A DNA stretch of 64,000 bases, taken from positions 832,001 through 896,000 of the forward strand of contig CAWDSK010000003.1 in the NCBI GenBank assembly GCA_963804995.1. The letters are read 5' to 3'. Every line of letters begins with the position of its first letter. Position 1 is the first letter of the stretch. Source of the stretch: an uncultured Acidobacteriota bacterium. Lineage in GTDB: Bacteria; Acidobacteriota; Terriglobia; UBA7540. The notes under the pieces are model-generated. The model searched no databases. It was not told the origin of the DNA and worked only from the letters and a program-made list of their open reading frames with translations. Below are positions 51,894-63,016 of this stretch, piece after piece. The position numbers and the translations under genes were made by a program.

Positions 51894-53130
51894 TTAACTG
51901 GCTTTGGCAGCCTGGCTCAGCACCCGGTCCACGATGGCTCGGAATTCGCTCTCGGTGAGCAGATCCTTCTTCTCGAAAGATTTTTCTTTGATCAGGCGCA
52001 CCATCTCCATCATCTGCTCTTCGTTCGCTGCGAGGTTTAGCTTCTCACACCACTCCTGAACGGAGGCCAGTCCACTGTTTTTGCCCAGCACAATTGAGAC
52101 CGGTTGCTGCCCCACCAATTCCGGAGCGAACGGAACGAACTCGAGAGGGTGCTTGGCGCGGGCCTTGCGGACGAATCCCGCCACGATTCCCGATTCCACC
52201 TGATAGAGCATGTCGCCCACGATCGGCCGGTTCCCGGGGATGTGCACCTTGGCCAGGTCCAGAACGAAGCGCGAGGTCTCACACATCTTCTCCGTGCGGA
52301 TGCCCAGGTTCACGCCATACTGGCAAAGGAGGGAGAGCACCACGTCTTCCATGGGAACGTTGCCGGCGCGCTCGCCCAGGCCGGTGATGGTGGTGTGCGC
52401 CACGCTGGCTCCCGCCGCCAGCGCATAGATGGTGTTGGCCACGCCCAGTCCGAAATCCTGATGGCAGTGAATCTCCACGGGCTTCTTCAGGCGTTTGACG
52501 GCCTTCTTCACCACGTGGTAAACCGCTTCCGGCGTGCATCCGCCAAAGCTGTCGGCGATGGTGAAGGCATCCATGTGGCCTTCCGTCGCCACGCGCTCCA
52601 CCAGGTCGAGCAAACGCTCCACTTCCGTGCGAGTGGAGTCGATGGTGAAGAAGACCGTGTACAGGCCGGCTTCCTTGGCGGCCTGCGTCGCCTCAATGGA
52701 AGACTTTCATGGCGCGTTCGAGCGGCCATCCGTAGGCGTTCTTGATGATGTGTTCGCTGGACGGAATCTCAACGATCACGCCCTTGCAGCCACACTCCTT
52801 GGCGGCTTTGATGTCGTCAATCACACAACGCGCAAAAGAAAAGATTTGCGCCTTAAGTCCCAGGCTGGCGATGTCGCTGATTGCCGCCCGGTCCTGAGGA
52901 GACACGGCCGGCATCCCCGCCTCGATGCGATGCACGCCCATGGCGTCCAGCCGCTTGGCGATCTCCACCTTCTCTTCCCGGCGGAATACCACGGCCGTCT
53001 GCTGTTCGCCATCGCGCAGGGTCACATCGTGAATCTTGATCTTTGAGGGAAACTTGAATCCCTTGCGAACTTCGGGTAAATAACACCAAGGGCTGACAAA
53101 CCACTTCTTGGTCTTCCACGGCTGTTGCAT
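51894..53130 (-). CDS. DRE-TIM metallolyase (homocitrate/isopropylmalate/citramalate synthase-like, no regulatory domain), apparent +1 frameshift at about 52701
   Basis: HDVTLRDGEQ, IEAGMP, HCHQDFGLGVAN, GLGERAGN, PIVG, VLGKNSG; joins as KV-SIEATQAA if one T is removed; GGAGG RBS. Confidence 0.88.
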
Positions 53131-53247
53131 GACAACCTCCAACGGAATTTATGAAAGCGAGACTTCCCGGGGCTTCCCATCCGGAACCCTGGGCAGGTGC
53201 GATTGTACACCGGCTCAGGCAAATTAGGGGTAGTTACTGCTGGGCGG

Positions 53248-53336
53248 GTGCTGTCCTAATTTGAAATGTAGCGCCGGCTTCCAGCCGGCATTGAGCCCCG
53301 ATGCATCGGGGCGCTACGTTCAAATTAAGACAGCAC
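53248..53336. repeat. Second copy of the 30236 palindromic element
   Basis: Shared core GTAGCGCCGGCTTCCAGCCGGCAT.GAGCCCCGATGCATCGGGGCGCTACGTTCAAA. Confidence 0.8.
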
Positions 53337-53551
53337 TACGTGGCGGTGGGGGTGAAAGCTGGGAGGGGCAGGGCGGCTGGAGTCTACACCGGCCGAGGGG
53401 GGGCCCCGGCTGTAAGAATCAACGCTTCGGCGCCGGTCGCGAGCGGCGTCAGCTTATGGAATGGTGTTGGCACGCGGTATCTGAGCCCCACTGGATTGCA
53501 GCGCGCTCACTGCATACCCAGCAACGCTCGCGTGCTTCACCTGGCAGCTCG

Positions 53552-53908
53552 TCACGTGGCTAACCACTCCATCGCTGCGCATTGATTCGGAACAACCGCG
53601 ACTTGTACTCCTCTATTCCACAGGACGTTCTCGAAGTACTTGTCGACCCCCCCTACAGGAGAGACGATGGCGATTCTGAAGGCCAGTTTCCAGACTTCCG
53701 AACAATGCTCACCGAGCCCATGCATGTCCAGAATTGGAACGTTTCCGGCAACCCCGGTGATATCGAGAATTACTCTCTGCTTGGCGCGTTTTTTACTCTC
53801 TTCTTTTACGGTGTCGAACAGGGCGTATAAATCTTCCAGACTGTATTGGCCCACCGCTTTTATTGACAGATGAGAGTCAACGTCATGCACCTGTACTTCC
53901 AGGCTCAT
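53552..53908 (-). CDS. STAS/SpoIIAA-like small protein
   Basis: RVILDITGV, RIAIV, YFENVLWNRG, AMEWL pattern; AAGGAG RBS. Confidence 0.7.
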   Translation of the reverse strand: MSLEVQVHDVDSHLSIKAVGQYSLEDLYALFDTVKEESKKRAKQRVILDITGVAGNVPILDMHGLGEHCSEVWKLAFRIAIVSPVGGVDKYFENVLWNRGVQVAVVPNQCAAMEWLAT

Positions 53909-53992
53909 AGTTCTCCTTCTAGTGGATTGTCTTGGGCTGACTGGAGGCGGCCCGCGAAAAATCCCTTGTGGGCGCCGGAGCCAGGATCGGCG

Positions 53993-54367
53993 TCACACAG
54001 AGTATTCGGAGTCCCCGTGTACAGGGAGGACCGACTGGAGTCTCTCCACTTCACGCTCCAGGCTTTTGCTGGCGCCCTGGGCGGCCTCCAAATTGCCTAT
54101 GGCTGCCATCGCCTCGAGCTGCACGGCGGATTCATACACCCTTTTTGCTGAGACGTTTCGTGCGGCGGCTTTGGCAAGGCGCGCGGTTATCCCCACGGCA
54201 ACAAGGTTTCCCCGCGCCATCCCTTCCCGAATATCAGCCAAAAGGGAGGGCCAAGCAGCTTGCACCAGACCCACAACTTCGGCGAGAAATTCCCGGTCAC
54301 CCCCGACACTGCGCAGCGCCAGGGCCTCATTAAAAACTTCGGCGTGCTGCTCCATTGTCTCTCTCAT
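53993..54367 (-). CDS. Hpt-like domain protein apparently lacking the phospho-His
   Basis: ALRSVGGDREFLAEVV...ARLAKAAARNVSA...AVQLE; AH.LKG motif appears as ARLAKA. Confidence 0.7.
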   Translation of the reverse strand: MRETMEQHAEVFNEALALRSVGGDREFLAEVVGLVQAAWPSLLADIREGMARGNLVAVGITARLAKAAARNVSAKRVYESAVQLEAMAAIGNLEAAQGASKSLEREVERLQSVLPVHGDSEYSV

Positions 54368-54394
54368 TTTTTTCCGCTTCCCGGCGAAACTCAC

Positions 54395-54625
54395 TTATGA
54401 ACCCCCGGGGACCAGCCCCAGTTCAAGCGCCGCCGCATCCCTCAGAACTTGCACCGCCTCCGCGACCTTGTGGAATTCAGCAGACTTGTCAAAAAAAAAG
54501 CGAGCCCCGCTCTGCAGGCATTTTTGGCGATATTGCCGACCGCTGTAGTTGCTCAGCATGATCACGATCGGCATGATCTCATCTTTCTTCATACCTTCGA
54601 GTACAGGGACATGCAAACCTCTCTT
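54395..54625 (-). pseudogene. C-terminal half of a response-regulator receiver domain
   Basis: IVIMLSNYSGRQYRQKCLQSGARFFFDKSAEF; N-terminal acidic pocket and phospho-Asp not recognisable. Confidence 0.65.
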
Positions 54626-54987
54626 CATTTCCTCCTGGAAGGGCCTGCCCAAAGTGCCAGGCAGGAGCGGGAATAGTTTTAGCAAGCGTTGCGCGGATCC
54701 GTTGTATAGGTCCGAGGCCTTTCGCACCGGAAGGCGGGCACTCGCCTCTTGGGAAGGTATACACAAGATTATTATCTCTGTCAACAAGAAAATAAATCTA
54801 CATCTTAAAGCTATAGATTATGACAAAACGTCATAACCTTTTCGTAAAGGTAGGGAAAATCCTTTAGGAGGGTGTCTAATTGCCCGAACTCCTCCCTGCG
54901 CGCCAGCCCGGCCATTGTCATTATTATATTGACAGGTTGATAAAAAAGAATATGATGCACATCAAAGCAAGGGGTTGAGTTCGTTTA

Positions 54988-55632
54988 ATGGATTGGACGC
55001 ACCTGCGAAGGTACCCGCGAGTATCGGTGGACCTCCCGGCCGTGTACACCCTCAATGACCGCGTAGGACAAACTCGCATTTTGACTCTCGGCGGTGATGG
55101 GCTCTTCCTGGCGATTCCCGAGCCCATAGCCTTGGGCGCCAGGCTTTCGATTGGGTTCCGGCCTGCGAAACACTTTCCCTACTTGGAGGTAATGGCAGAA
55201 GTTCGTAACCTGATTCCCGGCAAAGGCATGGGGGTAGAATTCATCAAGGTCGATCCCCAGTATCGTCAGAGATTGATGACGTTCATACTTCACCGGATCG
55301 GAGATACCCGGCAATTCCCTCGGGCCCCGCTTGCCGTACAAGTTGAGCACGGGGGAGTGACACAAATCGGCTTTTCAAGAAACATTAGCGTGGGCGGTAT
55401 GTTCATTGAGACGAAAGAGCCGGTCGCCACGGGCACGCATCTCAAAATACGTTTTAATCTTGATGACGGCGGTCCGATCATCGTCGTTGGCGGGGAGGTC
55501 CGCTACGCTGCCGGGAAGATAGGCATGGGCGTGCAGTTCCTTGACCTTCTACCTGATGACCAGAACCGCATCCAGGTTTACCTCACCAGGGGAGACGCCA
55601 GCACCGGACTTCAACAGGAGACTTCCGCATAA
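54988..55632 (+). CDS. Tandem PilZ-domain protein
   Basis: RRYPR...GMGVEF and RQFPR...NISVGGMFI...GMGVQF. Confidence 0.9.
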   Translation: MDWTHLRRYPRVSVDLPAVYTLNDRVGQTRILTLGGDGLFLAIPEPIALGARLSIGFRPAKHFPYLEVMAEVRNLIPGKGMGVEFIKVDPQYRQRLMTFILHRIGDTRQFPRAPLAVQVEHGGVTQIGFSRNISVGGMFIETKEPVATGTHLKIRFNLDDGGPIIVVGGEVRYAAGKIGMGVQFLDLLPDDQNRIQVYLTRGDASTGLQQETSA

Positions 55633-55715
55633 CGATTTCTCGCTCGAATAGGATAGGGCAAGCAACCTACGGCGACAACGTGCTCGGTGGGCAAAATAAC
55701 CTGGAAGAGATAGTC

Positions 55716-55898
55716 ATGCCGTACGAGACCAATATTGAACTCGCCCAAGAAAAAATGCTGCAAGCGGAGAGTGCACTAGAGAATTACTTCCGAAGTGCCG
55801 CGTACGATCCTGAACAGGCGAGACAACTTATAAATGCGGAGACAGTCGCCAGGGATGAATACATCAGGCAGGTGGCCCGTCTGTATCCAATCAGATAG
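55716..55898 (+). CDS. Small helical hypothetical protein
   Basis: ATG after GGAAGAG; amphipathic 60 aa. Confidence 0.5.
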   Translation: MPYETNIELAQEKMLQAESALENYFRSAAYDPEQARQLINAETVARDEYIRQVARLYPIR

Positions 55899-55949
55899 TG
55901 GACTTGTGGCACTCTAGGCGAGTGAAGAACGGAACAGAGAAAGGGCAGC

Positions 55950-56342
55950 ATGAGTACTCAAGCGCAGCTTTTAAGAAAGGCCCGCGACTTCCTGTCTAAG
56001 GTTACGTTAAAAAAGGCCCCAGAGTATCAGGTGTTCTGCCCACTGGAATTGAGGAAATCATTTAAGCAAAAGCGCGCCGAATGGCCTAAATGGTCGGAAC
56101 TTCCTGGTGTTTACTATGTATTAGGAAAAGATGGATCGGTACTCTCCATTGGCGTAGGAACGGCCTGGTACGGAATAGTATGGAAGGTTGAGCAGACTAT
56201 CAAGCGCGAACACCTCCCAGAGAAAACGAGAGCGGGGGGAATACTGTTCGATAAGTCAGACTTGTCTTGGGCATTTTCATTGGAGAAGTTCCTGAAACAC
56301 GCCATTAAGCCACCACTCAATATTCAAAGAGGACCAAAGTAG
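55950..56342 (+). CDS. Hypothetical protein, degenerate GIY-YIG-like
   Basis: PGVYYVLGKDGSVLSIG ... LEKFL ... PPLN pattern. Confidence 0.5.
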   Translation: MSTQAQLLRKARDFLSKVTLKKAPEYQVFCPLELRKSFKQKRAEWPKWSELPGVYYVLGKDGSVLSIGVGTAWYGIVWKVEQTIKREHLPEKTRAGGILFDKSDLSWAFSLEKFLKHAIKPPLNIQRGPK

Positions 56343-56353
56343 CCCGCTACCCG

Positions 56354-56590
56354 TCACTTCTTTCCGGTGGTGCTTGGGGTGGGTGACGGTGCGCGAGGGG
56401 CAGGAGCGGGAGTAGTCGGAACAGGCCGTCGCCCTCTATCCTCTGTTGTCGTGGTGGCATGGTCCACCATATGAATAGCACCACTGGGCTCGACAGGAAG
56501 TAATGTTATTCCCACCGGTTGGCGTCCCTGTAAGACCCTATCGGTAAACACCGGCTTAACTTCTGGCTTGTTGGTATTATCTTCAGTCAT
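56354..56590 (-). CDS. Small Pro/Thr-rich hypothetical protein
   Basis: TGATG coupling with upstream gene; GGAGG RBS. Confidence 0.55.
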   Translation of the reverse strand: MTEDNTNKPEVKPVFTDRVLQGRQPVGITLLPVEPSGAIHMVDHATTTTEDRGRRPVPTTPAPAPRAPSPTPSTTGKK

Positions 56591-57078
56591 CAGTTGATCC
56601 TCCGAAAGTTTTTAAACACGAATACCATTGTACAGATTATGCCCAGTAAAAAGAAACCTCCTCCGAGGACGCTGCACCAACTGACAGCCTTTGACCACAG
56701 ATTTTGCTTGGCAAAGTACTCATCTTTTTTCTCAATGTAGTATTTTCGTACATGTTCCAGGTTTAGCTTTAAGGCCTGGACGCTGATCTGAAACGAAAAT
56801 AGCGTCACGATAATACAGACGACGAAGCTCATCCACGAAACGTAAAGCCAAGAAACACCTACCGCGGCCTTAAACGGCACGAGATCCTTGATGAATGCCA
56901 ACGAAAGGGCAAGCGCCCCACTGGAGAGCGTCAGCAAACTTTTATCGAACTGGTCTGTGCTCGCCTGGATGTCTTGCCATGCCTGCTTCCTGTGCTCGTT
57001 AAAAAGCTCCAAACGTGTATCAGATACGGATTGTATGGCCTGGTCATCTGCATGGGCGGGTTTTGACTGGTTTCGCAT
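56590..57078 (-). CDS. Three-TM membrane protein of unknown function
   Basis: GGAGGT RBS; FDKSLLTLSSGALALSLAFI plus two further hydrophobic segments. Confidence 0.75.
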   Translation of the reverse strand: MRNQSKPAHADDQAIQSVSDTRLELFNEHRKQAWQDIQASTDQFDKSLLTLSSGALALSLAFIKDLVPFKAAVGVSWLYVSWMSFVVCIIVTLFSFQISVQALKLNLEHVRKYYIEKKDEYFAKQNLWSKAVSWCSVLGGGFFLLGIICTMVFVFKNFRRIN

Positions 57079-57152
57079 AAACCTCCGCCCTCCTTAACTA
57101 TGGGATGAGTAGCGGCAGTCGCCACAAACTCCTCTTGGCGCTACATCCGAGC

Positions 57153-58907
<1,755 letters not shown>

Positions 58908-59364
58908 TTAACCCGTAGCAGCGCATGGGTTGCTCCCCGCTTATGCGGGAATACTCGTTCACGCTGCACCATCGCCAAGGTGTGGAAACCTGCGCCGCTG
59001 GAGCAGGCGCACCGTGACGAAAAAAGAATCGATCGGAAAGAAACGGGCGACGCAGCCGCGACACACCGCTCGAATACAGCACCGTTGTCGGAATGGCCAG
59101 TCAAGCTATGCCTGCTTCGGGCAGTGTCCTAAATGTGTGTTGATTTCTCGTGGCGGCCTCGGAAGGTAGTATCGCCACCGCCTCATTCGGAAGAAGTTCA
59201 GCCGAGCTACAAATATTCGGACAGAACATGCCACCCTTTAAGGGAAAATATCAAGGGGGTAGGGCCGTTAGTTATACAAGGCATAATTGATCGTTTCAGG
59301 TGGGAAACTTGCGAGGCTTTGTTGGCGGGACGGCTCCCCCCTTATATCACTAACTTCCTATATT

Positions 59365-59433
59365 TGGTCGGGGCGCGCCGATTCTGACGGCGGACCTCTT
59401 GGCCCAAGGCAAGCACGCTACCTAGCTGCGGCT
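59365..59433 (-). pseudogene. Degenerate tRNA-Pro(TGG) lacking the 5' acceptor strand
   Basis: Minus strand ...CGCAGCTAGGTAGCG T GCTTG CCTTGGGC CAAGA GGTC CGCCG TCAGAAT CGGCG CGCCCCG ACCA; Pro-type 3' end, altered T-loop. Confidence 0.7.
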
Positions 59434-59465
59434 GCGAGAAGATGGGAAAGGGGCGGTCGAAACTT

Positions 59466-59562
59466 TGGTGTGCCCGGAAGGATTCGAACCCTCGACCAAG
59501 GGATTTCCTGGGCCGCCCCTCTCCAGATTCGGTCCCGTGCTTTCCCACTGAGCTACGGGCAC
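59466..59562 (-). tRNA. tRNA-like gene (97 nt) with a 29-nt anticodon loop; isotype undetermined
   Basis: GTGCCCG TA GCTC AGTGGGA AAGC A CGGGA [CCGAATCTGGAGAGGGGCGGCCCAGGAAA] TCCCT TGGTC GAGGG TTCGAAT CCTTC CGGGCAC A CCA. Confidence 0.7.
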
Positions 59563-59667
59563 ACTTTGTTTTGAGATGCTAAAACCCAGCAAGAGGTTGC
59601 ACTCAGCATTGCCATGCTCAATCTCTAAAAGCGTTTGGCCTTCATTCCTCCCGCGCCCCCCTGCCCA

Positions 59668-59943
59668 TCAAGTCAGTCCTCGGCACCGAGCCGTCCTGAG
59701 TGGGAGGATTGCCAGGACGGAAGTGGGATGACACGCCCACCAAGCAAGAAAGCCAAGCAATGCCACCCAGCCCAGGAATTGCAGCCATGGCATAATGCGG
59801 GGGACCCAGTCAGGCGTTCTGTGCTTCCATGCCCAATGATCCTCCCTCGCGATCTGGTACTTGATCTGGTATCTAGCGGCAAGGTAAGCCCTTGTTCCCC
59901 ACGAAAGCAGACACACGCTAAGACACCCCGCTTCTCCAACCAT
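59668..59943 (-). CDS. Small membrane hypothetical protein
   Basis: GAGGTGG RBS; hydrophobic C-terminal segment; no family recognised. Confidence 0.35.
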   Translation of the reverse strand: MVGEAGCLSVCLLSWGTRAYLAARYQIKYQIAREDHWAWKHRTPDWVPRIMPWLQFLGWVALLGFLAWWACHPTSVLAILPLRTARCRGLT

Positions 59944-60014
59944 CTTCCACCTCGGAGGTTGCGAGGTTCGCGGACAAGAAATTATGCCCGACCCCTCCCT
60001 GGCGATCCCGACTT

Positions 60015-60353
60015 CTACGCAGCTTTCCTGGTCTCGTGGCTTTCTGCGCCTGAAATTATTGTGGGGGCGAGTGCCTTTGCCATTGCCTTCGCGGTCGCGA
60101 CTGCAACGAACGCTCCCACAAAGGCACCCAGCAAGGCCGGAATCAAGTATATGTCGGCGATTTTGACTCGCTCAAACCAGTGACCGATGATGGGTGAACC
60201 CAGCCAGGCTCCCACCCAGCCGGCGATCACCTTAACAAGAAAGCCATCGAAACTCTCCAGGACCCGATAGCGAACCAGGTAATGGATCACGAAGGCTGCA
60301 ATCACGCCTGCCACCAACAAAACCAAGAATGCCCGGAAATTCATTCCGATCAT
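60015..60353 (-). CDS. GlsB/YeaQ/YmgE-family membrane protein
   Basis: GAGGAGG RBS; KVIAGWVGAWLGSPIIGHW, LIPALLGA. Confidence 0.8.
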   Translation of the reverse strand: MIGMNFRAFLVLLVAGVIAAFVIHYLVRYRVLESFDGFLVKVIAGWVGAWLGSPIIGHWFERVKIADIYLIPALLGAFVGAFVAVATAKAMAKALAPTIISGAESHETRKAA

Positions 60354-60507
60354 GTTTCCGCCTCCTCAACTAACCACTCTTGGGACCTCGGTCCTTCACA
60401 CAAAGGAACATCAAGAAATGAGTCCCACCGCTGAATCACGAACACCGAGCAGCTACTATCATCCGCACTGAAAACTGAACCACCCGTTATCGCGTAGCTC
60501 CGCTCAT

Positions 60508-60936
60508 TCAGGCCGCAATGCTCTGAACCCGCGGATGGTTTTCTAAAACTCGGCCTATTTCCAAAACCGTCAACGGCTCGACCAAATAATCCACAGCCCC
60601 CAACTGCATTGCCTCCAGGTAGCAGCCCATGTCAAGGCACCGCGCCACGACCAAGACGGGCAAGCTGCGGTTGGTCTCTGTCGCGCGCTTCAGCACACAG
60701 CTCCCTTCGAAGTTGGGAGTCCCCTGACTCACCATAACGAAGTCGAAGACTTCGTCCGCCAGGCAGCGGACAGCCTCCTGATAAGAGTTGCACGCCCGGA
60801 CCCGATACCCATACCCTTCGAACATGTTGAAATAATATTGAAGATCTCCGGGGTCTTCGTGCACTAGGAGCGCTTTTGCTCTCGGAACACGGAGAGGTTG
60901 TGTGCTCTCTTTTTGGTTCGTGCCTCTCGGCCGCAT
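60508..60936 (-). CDS. Atypical stand-alone receiver-domain protein
   Basis: AGGAGGT RBS; REC fold pattern ALLVHED...FDFVMVSQGTP...EAMQLGAVDYLVEP. Confidence 0.8.
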   Translation of the reverse strand: MRPRGTNQKESTQPLRVPRAKALLVHEDPGDLQYYFNMFEGYGYRVRACNSYQEAVRCLADEVFDFVMVSQGTPNFEGSCVLKRATETNRSLPVLVVARCLDMGCYLEAMQLGAVDYLVEPLTVLEIGRVLENHPRVQSIAA

Positions 60937-61659
60937 AAGTCACCTCCTAAGTGTCGGCCATCCGTGTTCTACCCTCGGCGGAAGAAACTCATCTTGCGGG
61001 CCGTTCCCTGGGCTTTCGCCCCTGTTGCCAATGACACAGCCTTTGCGCACACAAGGCGATCAATCGGCGCGCTCACCGGGAGTTATTTGTTGCCTCGTTA
61101 AATCGTCTGCACGCAGGAAATTTCGCCAACCGCAGGGGCGGGCGCCGTTCTATCAACAACTCGGCGACGCAGGCACACACAGGGATAGTGAGGTCTGGCG
61201 TGAGGATGTCGTCTGTCGGAGGAAGTCAGCGTCACTGACTACTGGAAGGTCGCCCTTCCCTGGATCGACGAAGATCAGCAATGGCACAAAGCGGAACGTA
61301 TAGCTCATTGAAGACCTCCGTATATGCAACAGCTTACTCCCAAAAAGTTCCAAGTCAAGCCGAATAACCTCGCGCACTCTGCGGCTCTTAATATGATAAA
61401 CATACACTGTATTATTAACACACGGCTTTGCCGCCTGGCAGTACAGGGAAGAGGGAACGGAAGGACAGGGAACAGGTGGAAAGTGACGACAGGTTAGTCG
61501 AGAGGGGGCTTGCTCAAGAACTGCCCCCATGCATCGGGACAAAAGAACGTAGTGCGGCGCGGCGGAGCCGCAAGGGAATTGTAGCGCCGACCTCCGCTTG
61601 GTGAGGTCCGCGGCTTTCAGCCTCAGGCCCTCGCGTTCTCATCGGCTGGCCATCGCACC

Positions 61660-62633
61660 CGTGGTAGGGCAATAGAGCCTCATCCCGGTCCACCTTGCGG
61701 GCCACACTGTCTCCCACCGCGTTGATTCGACGCGCCGCACCGAGGACCCGCACCCCCCGATAGTCGATGAATTCGCCGAAGGCCACATCGCTCTCGCGGG
61801 CCACGCGCGACTCAAAGGATTCCCCGTTCGAGCGGTCGGCGGAAAACCGCCTCCACTCCCTGAATGCTGAGGCGCGGAGAATAGATGAAGGCATCACGAT
61901 CTCTCTTCCACACAATCAGAGTCTCACTGGTGCGAGTGGGGAAGCTTTCGAAGGCAATCAGGGGGTCAATGTCCTTCCAGGTGTCCGACACCATGACCAC
62001 CGCCCCCAGCTTACGCGGGGAAACTTGAGCCGGTGTCAAGGCCTCGCCCCCGGCGATAACCGCAACCGAGTATGCTACCCAGACGTGCCCCCGTTCCATG
62101 CCGAAGCCGTCCACCCGCAAGGCGCCGGTGGGCTTGACCTGCTGACAAGCATCCTGCACCGCGGGGAGCATTTCTGGGCGGATGCCCACCTGCGCCGCGA
62201 TTCGGCAATGGCTGTCCAACACGGCGCCGGCCAGATATCCAAAGGTTTGGCGTACGGCCGCAAGTTCCCTTTCCACGCCTTCCTGGGCAGCCGTTGACTT
62301 CCCCACGCTGCCCGAACTCGAAAGCAAGCGTGGGGTGTAAGGGTCCCTTATAATCAGCTCAATGTCCGTCCGTCGCTCCTTGAGCCAAAGGGCACCGGAC
62401 TTTACCCGCGCCTCCGCAGAACTGGACAACTGCACATTCCAGTAGGCGAGAGTGTCAAGGTAGCCCGCGCGCAAGTCGTGCCAGATGAAACCCACGACGA
62501 CCAGGGCCAAAAGCAAAAAGCTGATCGCATAACGCCAGGAGATCTTACTGAGCGGACCCGGTGTGACACGACTTGCCGCGTCAGGTCGGCTGCCGGCCGC
62601 AGCATCTTTCTTTCCTGTTTTAAAAAGATTCAT
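61660..62633 (-). pseudogene. Truncated sensor protein: TM plus Cache-like periplasmic domain, no signalling output
   Basis: TM, WLKERRTDI, TRTSETLIV, then after a +1 shift (about 61828) DYRGVRVLGA...KVDRDEAL; second TM and kinase domain absent. Confidence 0.65.
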
Positions 62634-62777
62634 ATGAGCACCACGTCAAGGAATATCATTATGGCGCTAACGGTATTGCTAATCAATGAATCGTTAAGAA
62701 TTCCTGATGAAGGTGCAGCATTCCTGGGGAAACCTGCGCAGAGTGGCGGAGCCGCAACCAAACTGGAAAAGGCGCTG

Positions 62778-63016
62778 CTAGTGCGGTGTCCCGGTTAATA
62801 TTTGACGAGGCTGTCCGACCCCCTCACCCCCCAGCCCCTCTGTCGCCGCGGCGACCGAGGGGAGAGTTAATTTTCTTGCCCTCGGTCGCCGCGGCGACAG
62901 AGGGGCTGGCCGAGGCGTTTTCATCAGCCGGGGCGGGACGGGCCTACGCCCACCGAAGGGGTACCTGGAGACGTAAACGTCATAAGCTTCGGCCCGCAGG
63001 CGGGTGAGGGGGTCGC
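62778..63016. mobile_element. Third member of the CTAG MITE family with an internal insertion; right end lost
   Basis: Left about 100 bp nearly identical to 46102; extra GCCTACGCC...CTTCGGCCCGCAGGC inside GGCGGGACGGGTGAGGGGGTC. Confidence 0.75.

Noticed and set aside
49198..53130. Programmed ribosomal frameshifting as cause of the split genes
   Set aside because: No shared slippery sequence or stimulatory structure; three shifts in one gene; sequencing error is simpler.
58929..58957. GTTGCTCCCCGCTTATGCGGGAATACTCG resembles a type I-E CRISPR repeat
   Set aside because: Single copy, no spaced repeats and no cas genes in the window.
59466..59562. tmRNA, tRNA-Sec, allo-tRNA or group I intron interpretation
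   Set aside because: Has a D-stem and no tag ORF; 7/5 fold with short variable loop; 22 nt is far too short for a group I intron.
61153..61308. Short minus-strand ORF after a GGAGG (MSYTFRFVPLL...)
   Set aside because: No recognisable family; cannot distinguish from remnant or chance.
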